Of a stretch of 64,000 nucleotides of DNA, positions 10,452 through 21,028 are shown in pieces. Origin of the DNA: Methanomassiliicoccaceae archaeon (GTDB lineage Archaea > Thermoplasmatota > Thermoplasmata > Methanomassiliicoccales > Methanomassiliicoccaceae). The stretch is taken from the NCBI GenBank assembly GCA_963728405.1, contig CAVSJV010000017.1, positions 128,001-192,000 of the forward strand, given 5' to 3'. The position numbers and the translations under genes are program-made. Below the pieces are notes generated by a model. It had not been told where the DNA came from and made no database searches. It was given only the letters and a program-made list of their open reading frames with translations. How positions within the stretch are numbered: the stretch's first letter is position 1; every line of letters begins with the position of its first letter.

Positions 10452-13400
10452 GAACATTGGGTCAATGGGACGTCCGCCTTCTAGCCGCCACCTACCGTAG
10501 GGTGGAGAACGATCAGCTGGCCATCGAGATGTATGGCGCGCTGGATGATGGCCGCTCCATCGTCGTTCGCTACACCGGCTTCGAGCCATACTTCGACCTG
10601 GTGGAGCCGACCCCGGCCGTGATGGGGCAGTTGCGCAAGGACCCGGACGTAAGACGGGTCGAGGAGATGTCCATTTTCTACAAGGGCGTCCTGCGTCCGG
10701 CCGCCAAGGTCGTGGTCCGATTCCCCTGGCTAGTGCCTGACTTCCGCGCGAGGCTGAAACGAGAGTTCGATGTCCTGGCCGCAGACATACCGTTCCATCA
10801 CCGTTTCATCTACGATTTCGACCTAGGTTCCTGCATCCGGGCGTACGGGAAGGAAGGGGTGGGAGAGTACCGCACCGACCTGATAGTGGACATGGACCAC
10901 GTGGAAGGGAAGAATGCTCCGCGGTTCGATAATCTGCCGCCGTTCAACCCGGACCTCAAGGTGATGTCCTTCGACATCGAGAACTCCGTCAAGGACGGCA
11001 CCATACTCACCATCTGCTATGTGATCCGCGAGAATGGCCAGCTTCGGAGCGGGGCCCCCATCAGCGGGGACGAGCGAACGATCATCGACACCTTCACCAG
11101 GGCGATCCAGGAGGAGGACCCCGACATCATCACCGGCTACAATATCGACAATTACGATATCCCGACCATCATGGAACGGGCCAAGCTGGTCAAGGCCGGC
11201 AAGCTGGCGTGGGGGAGGGATATGTCCGAACCCCGCAAGGTAGGCCAACGTGGCTGGCGGCTGACCGGACGGCTGGTGGTAGATGCATGGTGGGCGGCCA
11301 AGATCCAGCTGCGGCCCAAGCAGGAGACGCTCAATCACGTGGCCAAGCTCTGCCTCGGTGAGGAGAAGCTCGACGTCGAGCCATCGAAGATGGACGCGGA
11401 GTGGGAGCGGGACCGCCAGAAGGTCATGCGCTATTGCCTCAGGGATGCCGAGCTGGCCCTCCGCATCCTGGAGTATGTCGGCTCGTTGCGCAAGACCATG
11501 GATGTGGCCGCGGTGTCCAAGCTCCCCATGGACGATGTCCAATCCTCGGGCAACTCCATGCTGATCGACTCGATCCTGATCCGGGAAGCGGACCGGGTGC
11601 CGCCGCCCTACGGCCCGGTGGGCGTGCCGCTCACGGGCAATTTCGACGATGACGAGGATGCGATCGAGGGTGGCTACGTCCATACCATCGAACCCGGCCT
11701 CTATCATTGGGTCATCGTGCTGGACTTCAAGTCCATGTATCCCTCGCTGATCATCAACAAGAACATCTGCTTCACCACTCTCAGCGACCAGGGGACCATC
11801 GTCGCCCCCACCGGCGTCAAGTTCCTCTCCAAGGAGCAGAAGGAGGGCCTGCTGCCCAAGATCCTGAAGGACCTGATGAGGCAGCGGGACGAGATCAAGC
11901 GGAAGATGAGGGAGACCAGTGACCCCGACGAGTTCCGTTACTACGATGGGCTCCAGAATGCGGTCAAGATCCTCATGAACGCCGTGTACGGGGTGTTCGC
12001 CTCGTCGTTCTACAGGTTCACCGACCGGAACATCGGTAGCGCCATCACCGCCTTCGCCCGGGACACGGTCAAGACGCTCATCGCCCGACTGGGAGAGGAG
12101 GGCTGTAAGGTCATCTACGGAGATAGCATAACCGCGGACAGGTTCGTAACGATACTCGATCCAGAAGGAATGGTCCAGATAAAAAACATTGAGGAACTGT
12201 TCAATGAAAACAAGGAAAAAATATCGAAGAGGGGAGAAAAAGAAGTAATACCCCTCCAAGGACATAGAGCGCTGTCCATGCTGCCATCGGGGAAAGGCAC
12301 ATGGTCAGAAATAAAAGAGATCGTAAGACACAAAACGGACAAAAAGATCTACAGGGTTGGCCAGAAACTCGGGGAAAGCGTAACAACAGAAGACCACTCC
12401 TTCATTACCTGGCAAGACAACCAGCTTGTAGAGACAAAACCCAACGGCATGCTTGAAAGAAGCATGGTACGGGTGGAAGAAATACCCTCAGTAAAGAAGT
12501 TAGAAACACTGGACATGTATGAATTGCTCAAGCACCATTCATACAAAACCACATACAAGGGCTCGATCAAAAGATCAGAGCTCAGAAAAGATGACGATCA
12601 TGTCTGGTTCAATTGGACAGTGAGAAAAGACCCTGTAAAGCTTAAAAGATTTGTACAAATAGGTACCCCCGAATTTGAAGCGTTGTGCAGGATCCTCGGG
12701 GCCTACATAGCGGAAGGGAGCAGTTCAACCACCGAGACAGCAACAAGAAACGGAGCCAGTATATCCAATTCAGACCAAGCATGGCTGGAGCAACTTCAGA
12801 AAGATTACTACTTGCTATTCTCAGGGACGACAGCAAGCGTGATAAGATCAGATTACGGAACAAGAAAATTGACTTACCGTAACAATCATAGCGAGGTAAC
12901 TATCCATTATGAAGACCAAACGTTCAAGCTGCAGATGATGAATCAAATGGCAGCTGTTTTCTTCAAAGGACTGTGTGGACAGAAAAGTAAGGGAAAAAAG
13001 CTCCCCGACTTCATCTTTCACGTCGAAGACAGGTACAAAAAGATCATGATGGAGGAAATGATAAAAGGAGACGGGTCAAGAGTAACGAACAAGAACCTTC
13101 CTTATTCGGACGAATACAAAAAAACCTTCTTCAAATATGAGACAAGATCGCTGCAACTGGCATGCGGCATCAGCCTGCTGCTTAGCCAGCTGAATGAGAA
13201 ATACGCGGTCAGGTACAGGGAAGAAAAAAACACCTACTGCATAACCAGAACGCACAACCATTACAACAATTTGCTTAGAAGCAAGATAAAAGAAGAAGAA
13301 TATGTAGGGTATGTTTACGACCTCTCAGTAGAAGGCACGCACTCTTTTGTGGATAGCTGTGGTCAAATATTATTACATAACACGGACTCGTTGTTCGTTC

Positions 13401-14146
13401 AATCACCTTACAACAACCTTGAGGAGACGGTCAAGTTCGGAAAGGAGATCTCGGAGCGATTCTCCCGTGAGATCTCCCAGATGGAGTTTCAGAAGGTACT
13501 CGAACCGCTGTTCTCCCACGGCAAGAAGAAGCGCTACGTGGGTCGTTCAGTCTGGCCGGACCAGGAACTTCTGATCCGCGGCTATGAGACCCGAAGGTCC
13601 GACGCGTTCGACCTCCAGAGCGCGGTGCTCATGGCGGTGTTCGAACATATCCTGAACGAAAGGACGGAGGAAGCGGTCAAGATCGCCCGGGAGAATGTTC
13701 AGCTGGCCATGGACTGCAAAGCGCCCATCGAGTCGCTGGTCATCTCCCGCACCTGCAAATCGTTCAACTCATACAAGGACCCCGACTCCCAGGCCAACGT
13801 CCAGGCCGCCCGGAAGCTCATGGCCATGGGGTACGATTTCGTACCGGGGATGAAGGTATCGTGGGTCGTCACCGATTCGAAGAAGACCCCTCAGGAGGTG
13901 GAACCGTATGTCAGCGGCCGCAAGTTCGAACACCACCCAGATTGCCGCTACTATGCAGAAAGGATCGCCCAGACCGCGGCCCGGGCCACAGAAGTGTTCG
14001 GATGGGGCGAGAAGGACCTCCTGACTGGCTCCCAACAGGTCACGCTGTTCGATACGTCATTCTCGGGAGGTTCGAACGAGCCCCGAAAGAAGAAGCCAGA
14101 GGCCAAGAAATCGAACAAGAAGCTCGATCTGCGAGATTTCATGTGA
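10448..14146 (+). CDS. polB: Family B DNA polymerase containing an intein
   Basis: ExoI FDIEN, ExoII GYNIDNYD, ExoIII YCLRD; pol motifs LDFKSMYPS, KILMNAVYG, YGD..TDS; KKRY; C-terminal PIP-like LRDFM. Confidence 0.96.
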   Translation: MRTLGQWDVRLLAATYRRVENDQLAIEMYGALDDGRSIVVRYTGFEPYFDLVEPTPAVMGQLRKDPDVRRVEEMSIFYKGVLRPAAKVVVRFPWLVPDFRARLKREFDVLAADIPFHHRFIYDFDLGSCIRAYGKEGVGEYRTDLIVDMDHVEGKNAPRFDNLPPFNPDLKVMSFDIENSVKDGTILTICYVIRENGQLRSGAPISGDERTIIDTFTRAIQEEDPDIITGYNIDNYDIPTIMERAKLVKAGKLAWGRDMSEPRKVGQRGWRLTGRLVVDAWWAAKIQLRPKQETLNHVAKLCLGEEKLDVEPSKMDAEWERDRQKVMRYCLRDAELALRILEYVGSLRKTMDVAAVSKLPMDDVQSSGNSMLIDSILIREADRVPPPYGPVGVPLTGNFDDDEDAIEGGYVHTIEPGLYHWVIVLDFKSMYPSLIINKNICFTTLSDQGTIVAPTGVKFLSKEQKEGLLPKILKDLMRQRDEIKRKMRETSDPDEFRYYDGLQNAVKILMNAVYGVFASSFYRFTDRNIGSAITAFARDTVKTLIARLGEEGCKVIYGDSITADRFVTILDPEGMVQIKNIEELFNENKEKISKRGEKEVIPLQGHRALSMLPSGKGTWSEIKEIVRHKTDKKIYRVGQKLGESVTTEDHSFITWQDNQLVETKPNGMLERSMVRVEEIPSVKKLETLDMYELLKHHSYKTTYKGSIKRSELRKDDDHVWFNWTVRKDPVKLKRFVQIGTPEFEALCRILGAYIAEGSSSTTETATRNGASISNSDQAWLEQLQKDYYLLFSGTTASVIRSDYGTRKLTYRNNHSEVTIHYEDQTFKLQMMNQMAAVFFKGLCGQKSKGKKLPDFIFHVEDRYKKIMMEEMIKGDGSRVTNKNLPYSDEYKKTFFKYETRSLQLACGISLLLSQLNEKYAVRYREEKNTYCITRTHNHYNNLLRSKIKEEEYVGYVYDLSVEGTHSFVDSCGQILLHNTDSLFVQSPYNNLEETVKFGKEISERFSREISQMEFQKVLEPLFSHGKKKRYVGRSVWPDQELLIRGYETRRSDAFDLQSAVLMAVFEHILNERTEEAVKIARENVQLAMDCKAPIESLVISRTCKSFNSYKDPDSQANVQAARKLMAMGYDFVPGMKVSWVVTDSKKTPQEVEPYVSGRKFEHHPDCRYYAERIAQTAARATEVFGWGEKDLLTGSQQVTLFDTSFSGGSNEPRKKKPEAKKSNKKLDLRDFM
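12125..13381 (+). mobile_element. 419-aa intein with LAGLIDADG-type homing endonuclease at the PolB YGD|TDS site
   Basis: Starts Ser (SITADRFV), block B TTEDHSF, endonuclease motifs ILGAYIAEGS and MIKGDGS, block F YVYDLSVEGTHSF, ends His-Asn before Thr+1; DNA turns sharply A-rich. Confidence 0.95.
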
Positions 14147-14225
14147 TGCGCGCTGAATTGGCGACTGGCTAGCACCTACCCATTATCAAGTAGAAAATCC
14201 AGGCAGATACGTTTAACTTCCCACT

Positions 14226-14669
14226 ATGACGTTGCTGGCCCGGGTGTCGGATTTGATAGGTAAACTTGAGATCATTGGAGAGTGGGCCGACGACGGCTCA
14301 TTGGAAGAGAGAGGCGAGCACCGAATTCTGAACGTTGGGGAATTGAACGAGGCCATCAGGCAGAAGGTCTATGAGCTCGACCTGCAGCTGCTTCTGGCTG
14401 GCCTCATGACCATCCTGGGGATCCATCAAGAAGGGGAGGAGAAGCGCTTTTCTCTGGAGGTCCACGTACCGCTGTTCCTGGAGGAGGGGGCAGAATATGA
14501 CGTCGGGATGCTGTATCGCCGAGCAGCGGCATTGAAGGCGCTGGAAGAACATGGCTATTATCTGGAAAGCCACCTCGGAGGATATGTGAAGTGCTTCCTG
14601 GAGGGCTCGCTCGCTGAGCTGAATTCCGAGCTGGACTTCGTCGAGGGAGCGTTGGCCGAGGCCAGCTGA
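14226..14669 (+). CDS. Hypothetical protein
   Basis: 147-aa acidic ORF with host-like codon usage. Confidence 0.6.
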   Translation: MTLLARVSDLIGKLEIIGEWADDGSLEERGEHRILNVGELNEAIRQKVYELDLQLLLAGLMTILGIHQEGEEKRFSLEVHVPLFLEEGAEYDVGMLYRRAAALKALEEHGYYLESHLGGYVKCFLEGSLAELNSELDFVEGALAEAS

Positions 14670-14705
14670 AAATATCATGCTTTGACCGCCCCCGGTCCAA
14701 TAAAG

Positions 14706-14823
14706 TATTTATAACGATACGCAATCTGTCGAAACCTAGTCACGAGAGGATATCTCGTCGGAGATGTGCCCCCGACAGGTGGGGTGAATCCTTAAACGCC
14801 GCTACGGCGGCATGGTGATACAC
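14706..14823 (+). promoter_or_regulatory. TATA box and structured 5' leader of rpl15e (candidate ribosomal leader)
   Basis: tatttataa at ~14706; hairpins acgaga/tctcgt (14742-14758) and gccgc-tacg-gcggc (14798-14811); SD ggtga before ATG 14824. Confidence 0.55.
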
Positions 14824-15519
14824 ATGGCAACGAAAGAGGTAACAGCGCCCGCGGTCGAGGGAGAAGAGAAGAAGACCGTTAAGGGCAGGAATATGTACCA
14901 TTATATGGCCGAGGCCTGGAACAGGCCATCCGACACTTACGTGAAGGATCTGCAGTGGGAGCGTCTCATCCAGTGGCGCAAGGACGAGAACTTCATGAAG
15001 CTCGACCATCCCACTCGATTGGACCGCGCCCGCAAGCTGGGCTTCAAGGCCAAGCAGGGCATCATCGTCGTCCGGGGCCGCGTTCGTAAGGGTTCCCTGA
15101 GGCGCCGCCAGATCCGCAAGGGTCGCCGTGCCAAGCGTAAGGGTATCAACAAGATCACTATGGGCAAGAGCCTGCAGCGGATCGCCGAAGAGCGTGCCGC
15201 CAAGAAGTTCCCCAACATGGAGGTCCTGAACTCCTACTGGGTGGGCATGGATGGCCTGCACGAGTGGTTCGAGATCATCCTGGTCGACCCCCATCACGCG
15301 GTCATCAAGGCGGACAAGAACCTCAACTGGATCTGCTCCTCCAAGCACAAGGGCCGCGTGTTCCGTGGCCTGACCGCAGCTGGAAAGGCCGGTCGCGGTC
15401 TGAAGTGGAAGGGCAAGGGTGCGGAGAAGCTGCGCCCCTCGATGTCCGCTCGCGTAGCCAAGAGAAACCGCCACGGCCACGGCCACGCCCACAACGGCGC
15501 CATGGGTCGCGGCAAGTAG
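14824..15519 (+). CDS. rpl15e: 50S ribosomal protein eL15
   Basis: PTRLDRARKLGFKAKQG, LQRIAEERAAKKFPNMEVLNSYWVG, FEIILVDP.H, GRVFRGLT.AG. Confidence 0.97.
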   Translation: MATKEVTAPAVEGEEKKTVKGRNMYHYMAEAWNRPSDTYVKDLQWERLIQWRKDENFMKLDHPTRLDRARKLGFKAKQGIIVVRGRVRKGSLRRRQIRKGRRAKRKGINKITMGKSLQRIAEERAAKKFPNMEVLNSYWVGMDGLHEWFEIILVDPHHAVIKADKNLNWICSSKHKGRVFRGLTAAGKAGRGLKWKGKGAEKLRPSMSARVAKRNRHGHGHAHNGAMGRGK

Positions 15520-15539
15520 GCTCTGAACCCTTTCCAAAA

Positions 15540-15570
15540 CCCCCTTTATTTTCCTATTTTTTATCTTTCG
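15540..15570 (+). terminator. T-rich archaeal terminator after rpl15e
   Basis: tttattttcctattttttatctttc just downstream of the stop. Confidence 0.5.
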
Positions 15571-15799
15571 TTGATAAGAGGACCTCATCTCGGCAGGGAG
15601 AGGGCAGATCGTGCCTAGTGGTCTTGAGGAAAGTAACTGGCGATCCTTGCATCGGCAGAATGGTCGGCAGCGGCTTCATCACCAAGCCCCAGTGGGCCAA
15701 GTTGAGATATACGAGGGGCACAACAAACTTCCCTCCGATCCATTTATCATGGTCGCAGCCTTGGCCATTTCCACCCATTCGGGAGGGGCAGTTTTGACC

Positions 15800-18700
15800 T
15801 CATCGTCTGCGTCGAGCTACTACGATAAGCACTAGAGCTATCACGATGGTCGATGCTATGGCGGCCAATGGCAGGATGAACTGGCCCGTGTTACCGCTCG
15901 TCGATAGCTGCCTGCTGCCGATGGACCCTTCCTCCCCCGGCACAACATCGACGTCCCAGGACAGATCGCTGTAACTGTCCTTGTGGACCTCGAGTTGGAC
16001 CGGTCCGGAGGGAAGGTTCAACGAGAAGCTGCCATTCTCATCAGTAAGTACCGAGCTGCCGTCCGGCGTGGTGACCAGGGCTCCAACCACCGGATTACCT
16101 GTAGGATCCAATATGACCCCACTAATGATGCCTTGGTCAGTAGTGCGGAAGGTGAGCTCGAGCGGCCCGCTCCCGGCGCCATAGATATCGTTTATGCTAA
16201 CGGCGATCCCATACTCTAGGCCGGGTTCCAAGCGGCTGGAGGGCTGGATGATCAGGTCGTTACCCTGCCAGCTGATGGTCCCAGTTAAAGGCGCTGACCA
16301 TTGGAGGGTCGTAACATTAACCGCCTTGGAGAACACGATGACCACCGGCCCATCGCACGGCACGTCCTCAGCGACCTTCATCGAGGCGGTTAGCGGGGCT
16401 GTGTCCATGGTGAAGTTTGACCACGCGGTGGCGGTCCGACCGATCAGGTCGGTGGCCCTCAGGACCACGATGTGACGACCATCGGTCAACGAATACAGTG
16501 TAGTACTGACCTGCCCGGTCATATTGGTCCACGCTCCGTCATCCACGGAGATCTCGATGCTTGCCGATCCCACCGCGTCCGATGCATTCCATTCCACCTC
16601 CACCTCGCTAGACAATATCAACGAACGATCTATCGGTGAGAGGATGGTGATGGTCGGCGGGGTGGCTGTCCACGGTGAACTGAAGATATACGGTGGCGAC
16701 GTTCCCGGCCCGATCGGTCGAAGCCATGGAAAGGCGGTGTAGGCCATCATCAAGTTCGATCGAGAATGAGATAGAGTTGACGTTGGTCGAGTCCCTTACC
16801 AGCTGACCATCGATCCGGATCAGGTCCCGATGGTACCCTGAACCCGCATCGCTCACTGTGATGGATATGCTCACCGAAGGGCTCCCGATCACTGAGCCCG
16901 AGGACGGGGAAATGACACTGATCGTCGGCGCCGTGAGGTCCAGGTTGAACGTGACGGTTGCTTCGGCGGCATTACCTGCTACATCGGTGGCCCTCACCGT
17001 CGCCCGGTGCGCACCGGAGGAAAAGAGTTGTGCGCCATAGCTGGCAGATAGGGAAACATTTAGGAACGCCCTCCCGTCCACGCTCACCTCATAGTAAGCT
17101 ATCCCTGATGCGTCATCGGAGCCGGACCAGGAGATCAAGACCGTGGTGGTCCTTAGCCAAGCGCCTGGCGACGGGGACAGTATGGAGACCGTTGGAGGTG
17201 CGGTGTCGGGGATCTCGACCACCACTGGAGGGCCCCAGGGCCCCGGGCCCAGCTCGGTCCAGGCCCTTACGGTATAGATGACAGCACCGTAGGCCTTTAC
17301 ATCGCCGTCCACGATCGAGCGGTCCGTCGTCATGAATGACACCATACCGGTGGCACAGACGCGGGAAACCTCATATCTGATGACCGGGGCAAAGTCCGTG
17401 CGGTTCGGAGAGTTCCAGTCCAAGGTGACATCGTTGTCGTAGCAGACCGCCGAGATGGCCCAGGGTTCGGACACGAACGAGACGGTAGGGTATCGGTCCT
17501 CGGTCCCCCCCAGCGGATAGGCGACATCGACGGTACCGTCACCGTCGATATCGGGTTCGGTGAGATCCCACCAGAAGTTGCCCAAGGAGCATATCCCATG
17601 CCGCGGTCGAGCCATCGGACGCCTGGACCCTGGTCGGGTCATAGGTGGTGCCGCTGCCGTTGTTCTCGATGAAGACGTTCTCGTAGTAAAGGCATGTCGG
17701 CGACGCGGTCGAACGCACCGCCAGACCGGTGTTCGAGCGGAACAGATTATCGTAGGCGGTCACCTGGGAGGAATCGACCCGCAAGCCCTCGGCATTGACC
17801 GAGAAGTTGTTGCCGACCAGGATTATCTCCTCGCTGTCCAGCACCTTGATCGCATCGGCCCCGTTCCCAGCGATGCTCAGGGAGCGCAGGACGATGTTGG
17901 AGCAACCCTCGATCACCACCCCATCGTAGTTACTGTCGATGGTACAGTCCTGTACCTCCGCGCCGGTCACATTGAAGAGCATTAGTCCAGCCTGGCCGGG
18001 CCGGTCTGCCCCGCTAAGGTGGCAGCCGATGATCCTCAGCCCCACGGTGGTATTGCCGATGTAGATCTCATTGGAACCGATGGCGTGATCGACCACATAG
18101 TCCTCGATGATATAGGGGTCATCGGCCGCCCCGGTACCCGCCCAGCTCAGTGTGTTAGCCATGGCCACAAGCTCCTCATCGCTGTCGATGTGGAGGTCGT
18201 CCTTCAACCAGGTCACATTGTCGATCCAGGCGCATCCGCCCCCGTTGCCTTGCCGGAGGAATGTCCATACGATCTCCGTCCGGACGCCGGTCACGTCCAG
18301 GCTGGCATGGGCCCAGGGGCCCGAACCGTTCAATATGCTCAGTACAGCCCCATCGGCCTGGAAGGTCAGCGTGTCCGCGGAGGAAGGACAGTCCATCCTC
18401 CAGTCGAAGGCCAGGGTTCCCTTCCCCTCCAGAGTGACTTTGAGCCAGCTGCGCGAGGAGGAGACCACAGTCGCCGGACTGGGCGGAGATCCCTCCCCGG
18501 GTGGAGGCGGCGATCGAGGAGGTCCAGGTGGCATTCCCCTGCGTAGAGAAGTCCAGAGAGGGTAGGTCGAGGGCCGATGCCAGGACCGTCACCGGATAGT
18601 TGGGCAGCACCGAACGCACGTCGGTGATGGAGGAACTCGGTACGTCCGGAGAAGCAGTACTGACCTGGGTAGGCATGCCAGGAACGTAACCTCCAGTGTA

Positions 18701-20002
18701 CAGCTCGGTGCGGAACGATGACAGCAAGCCCGTGACGGTGCTATCGATGGTAAGCCGGAAGGTGGTCTTGCCGGAGTCATATTCTCCCTTCAGGTCGGAG
18801 AGGTCCAGACATAGGAAGGAAGGGAGGTCCTTGGAGCTGGATTCGTAGTACGGGCTGACCTCTTCCGTTCCCCCCTGGGTGGTGACGGTGATACTACCAT
18901 CCTGGCGCTGAGGGGAGGAGCTGTGCCACACGCCCAGGAGGCTCGGGGCGTAATCGGTCCGGTCGGTGACGTACACCAGCTGGTTCGAGGAGCCGATCTT
19001 CTTGAACGCATCATAGGTGATCCAATAATAGCCGCTGCCCCAGAAGCTGGCGCCCCAGGAGTTCACCACCTTGAACGCGCCGACCTCGCCCCCCGTGACC
19101 TTTCCATCATCATATCCGACGATGGTCTGAGCATGGTTCAGGCTTCCATAGATGTATTCCGACGAGGTGATCACCTTGTCTCCGGACGAACCAGTCAGCA
19201 CATCCGCGTTCAGCGCGAAGGTCACCGGGGTGCCGGAGGACACCACTGAGCGGAGGTCGCCTAGCGTCCCGGCCCAATCGTTAAGGTCGAGCGTTATCCT
19301 TTCTACGCGGAGGGCGCGGTGCAAGGGTGCCTCCCGGAAAGCGGCCTCGCCACCCCAGTCCAGATAAGAAGCGGAGGTCCCGGTGCCCACGTAAGGCATG
19401 GTGCTGAGGGTGGCTCCCCCCCAGGTGCACAGCACCTCCCCCACATCACCCATCCAGGAACCGGTGTCGGTGCCCCCGTTGACCTTGTTGTAGCACCAGG
19501 ACGGGCTGATCAGCTGAGAGGCGTTACCCTGGCTGGCATCGGTCCAACCATTGTCCTTGGCCTCCAAGTAGCCGTAGCAGTAATAGGCCAGGGCCCAGGC
19601 TGCGCAGCTCCCCACATTGCCCTGGTTCCCGACCACTGGAAAACACGGATCGGTGGAGAGGTCGTAGCTTGTTGGGCTTGCCAAGGCGCCGTACAAGCCA
19701 TCTCTGACCACCACCTGGTCGACCATGGCCGCATACTCTTCTTCGGTGGGAGGGGCATAGCCGGTCCCGTAATCGCCCACTATGACGTTGTAGTTCACCG
19801 AAGGGTCCCGGACCCCCAGGACCAGCTTCAGTTCCTCGACGTCGGCCGTGGTCATCAGGTGAACGCCTCCTCCGGAAACCTGCTCGGCCGTGGACTGGCC
19901 CGTCGCTCCGACGGAGGCCATGACCGGCGGGAGGATCGAGCTGATGAGCATCATGACCAACAGTACTGCCGATGCTGCTCCTTTGATAGAGACCCCGACC
20001 AC
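15800..20002 (-). CDS. Large secreted, membrane-anchored C1 (papain-family) cysteine peptidase with beta-helix, FN3 and Ig-like domains; split into 4 ORFs by indels
   Basis: Signal peptide; NQGNVGSCAAW (Cys), NHAQTIVGY (His), VNSWG (Asn); G.G...DPYII plus NosD-like repeats, GNFWWD; FN3-like segment; D..PPT..ILSP repeats; C-terminal TM followed by RRR. Confidence 0.85.
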
Positions 20003-20105
20003 GTCGACCCCGTGGTTGCAATGGGACTATTGAATTTTAACCTTTTGAAAAAAATATCAAATAGATAAGTCAGTGAATAATATCATCAGACGGAGCTGAC
20101 CGAGG

Positions 20106-20966
20106 TCAAGCAGCCTTGATGCCAGCCAGGCGGTCAGCGATCTCCTGTTCCGTCATGCCGATGAGCGGGAAGAAGGCGGGGTGGTCGAAGGGCAGGGCCT
20201 TTATCGTCTCCAGGTCCCCTAGACCATAACCGTAGACCGCAGCGAGGGCCTTTCCGTCCCTCATGACCGGTCCGAGGTCGGAACCGACCACGATCTTCAG
20301 TTTGGGGTCCCAGGCCTGGAGGATCGCCGCCGCCCCGTGCTCGTCCACCGTCAGGATGGTCGCTCGGCATCCCCGCTTCATCAGCATCCAGGCCGCGAGG
20401 GCATCGCGCTCGTCCCGGACCACGGCCACGACCTTCCCTTGACTTCCCATGGGCAGACCGCCTGGCCCCGACATATACTCGCTGAAGAGGTAGGCTTTCT
20501 TGTCCCGGACCTCCACATAGAAGGTCACGTCCGGGCGGGTCAGGTTTACCCTCACTCCCCGTTCCTCGTTGGCCAGGAAGATGGCTGACCCGACCTCCCG
20601 CCCAACATCCATGCTCTTGTAGGGGTGATTACCCTCCCGGCGGGCCTTGACCGCGAACGATTGACCATCCTTTAGCACATCGCGGGAGTATGCGGCCGCT
20701 GCCTTCTGCATCGCCTCCATCGCGCTGTCGCCGACCAGGGCCGGGGACACCGACGCTACGCCGAACACTCGTTGCAGTACCTGGGCCGCCTCGTCCACCT
20801 TGTCGGTGGTGACGTATATCCTTCCCTGCTGCGAATCGATCAGGGCCTCCAGGCCGTGGGCGGCCAGAGCGGATAGCATGTTGTCCATCAGAATGGTCTC
20901 GAAATAGCGGCGTACGCTGGAGCTTTTCAGACCGACCTCGGCGTAACGGACCAGTATGATATCCAC
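20106..20966 (-). CDS. ThiI-like THUMP-domain protein with a degenerate PP-loop
   Basis: ILVRYAEVGLKS, RVFGV.SVS, SFAVKARR.G, GPGGLPMGSQGKVV, AAWMLMKRG; SGGxDS is absent. Confidence 0.85.
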   Translation of the reverse strand: MDIILVRYAEVGLKSSSVRRYFETILMDNMLSALAAHGLEALIDSQQGRIYVTTDKVDEAAQVLQRVFGVASVSPALVGDSAMEAMQKAAAAYSRDVLKDGQSFAVKARREGNHPYKSMDVGREVGSAIFLANEERGVRVNLTRPDVTFYVEVRDKKAYLFSEYMSGPGGLPMGSQGKVVAVVRDERDALAAWMLMKRGCRATILTVDEHGAAAILQAWDPKLKIVVGSDLGPVMRDGKALAAVYGYGLGDLETIKALPFDHPAFFPLIGMTEQEIADRLAGIKAA

Positions 20967-21028
20967 GGGGCCGTGATGGCCGCTGCAGTTATTAGGTTTT
21001 CGCGGACCTAGTTTTTATAATCTCAGCA

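Noticed and set aside
10823-12265. Long antisense ORFs (480 aa here; also 6701-7663, 42820-43734, 61715-62866)
   Set aside because: Shadow ORFs of high-GC3 genes on the opposite strand, with no recognisable motifs
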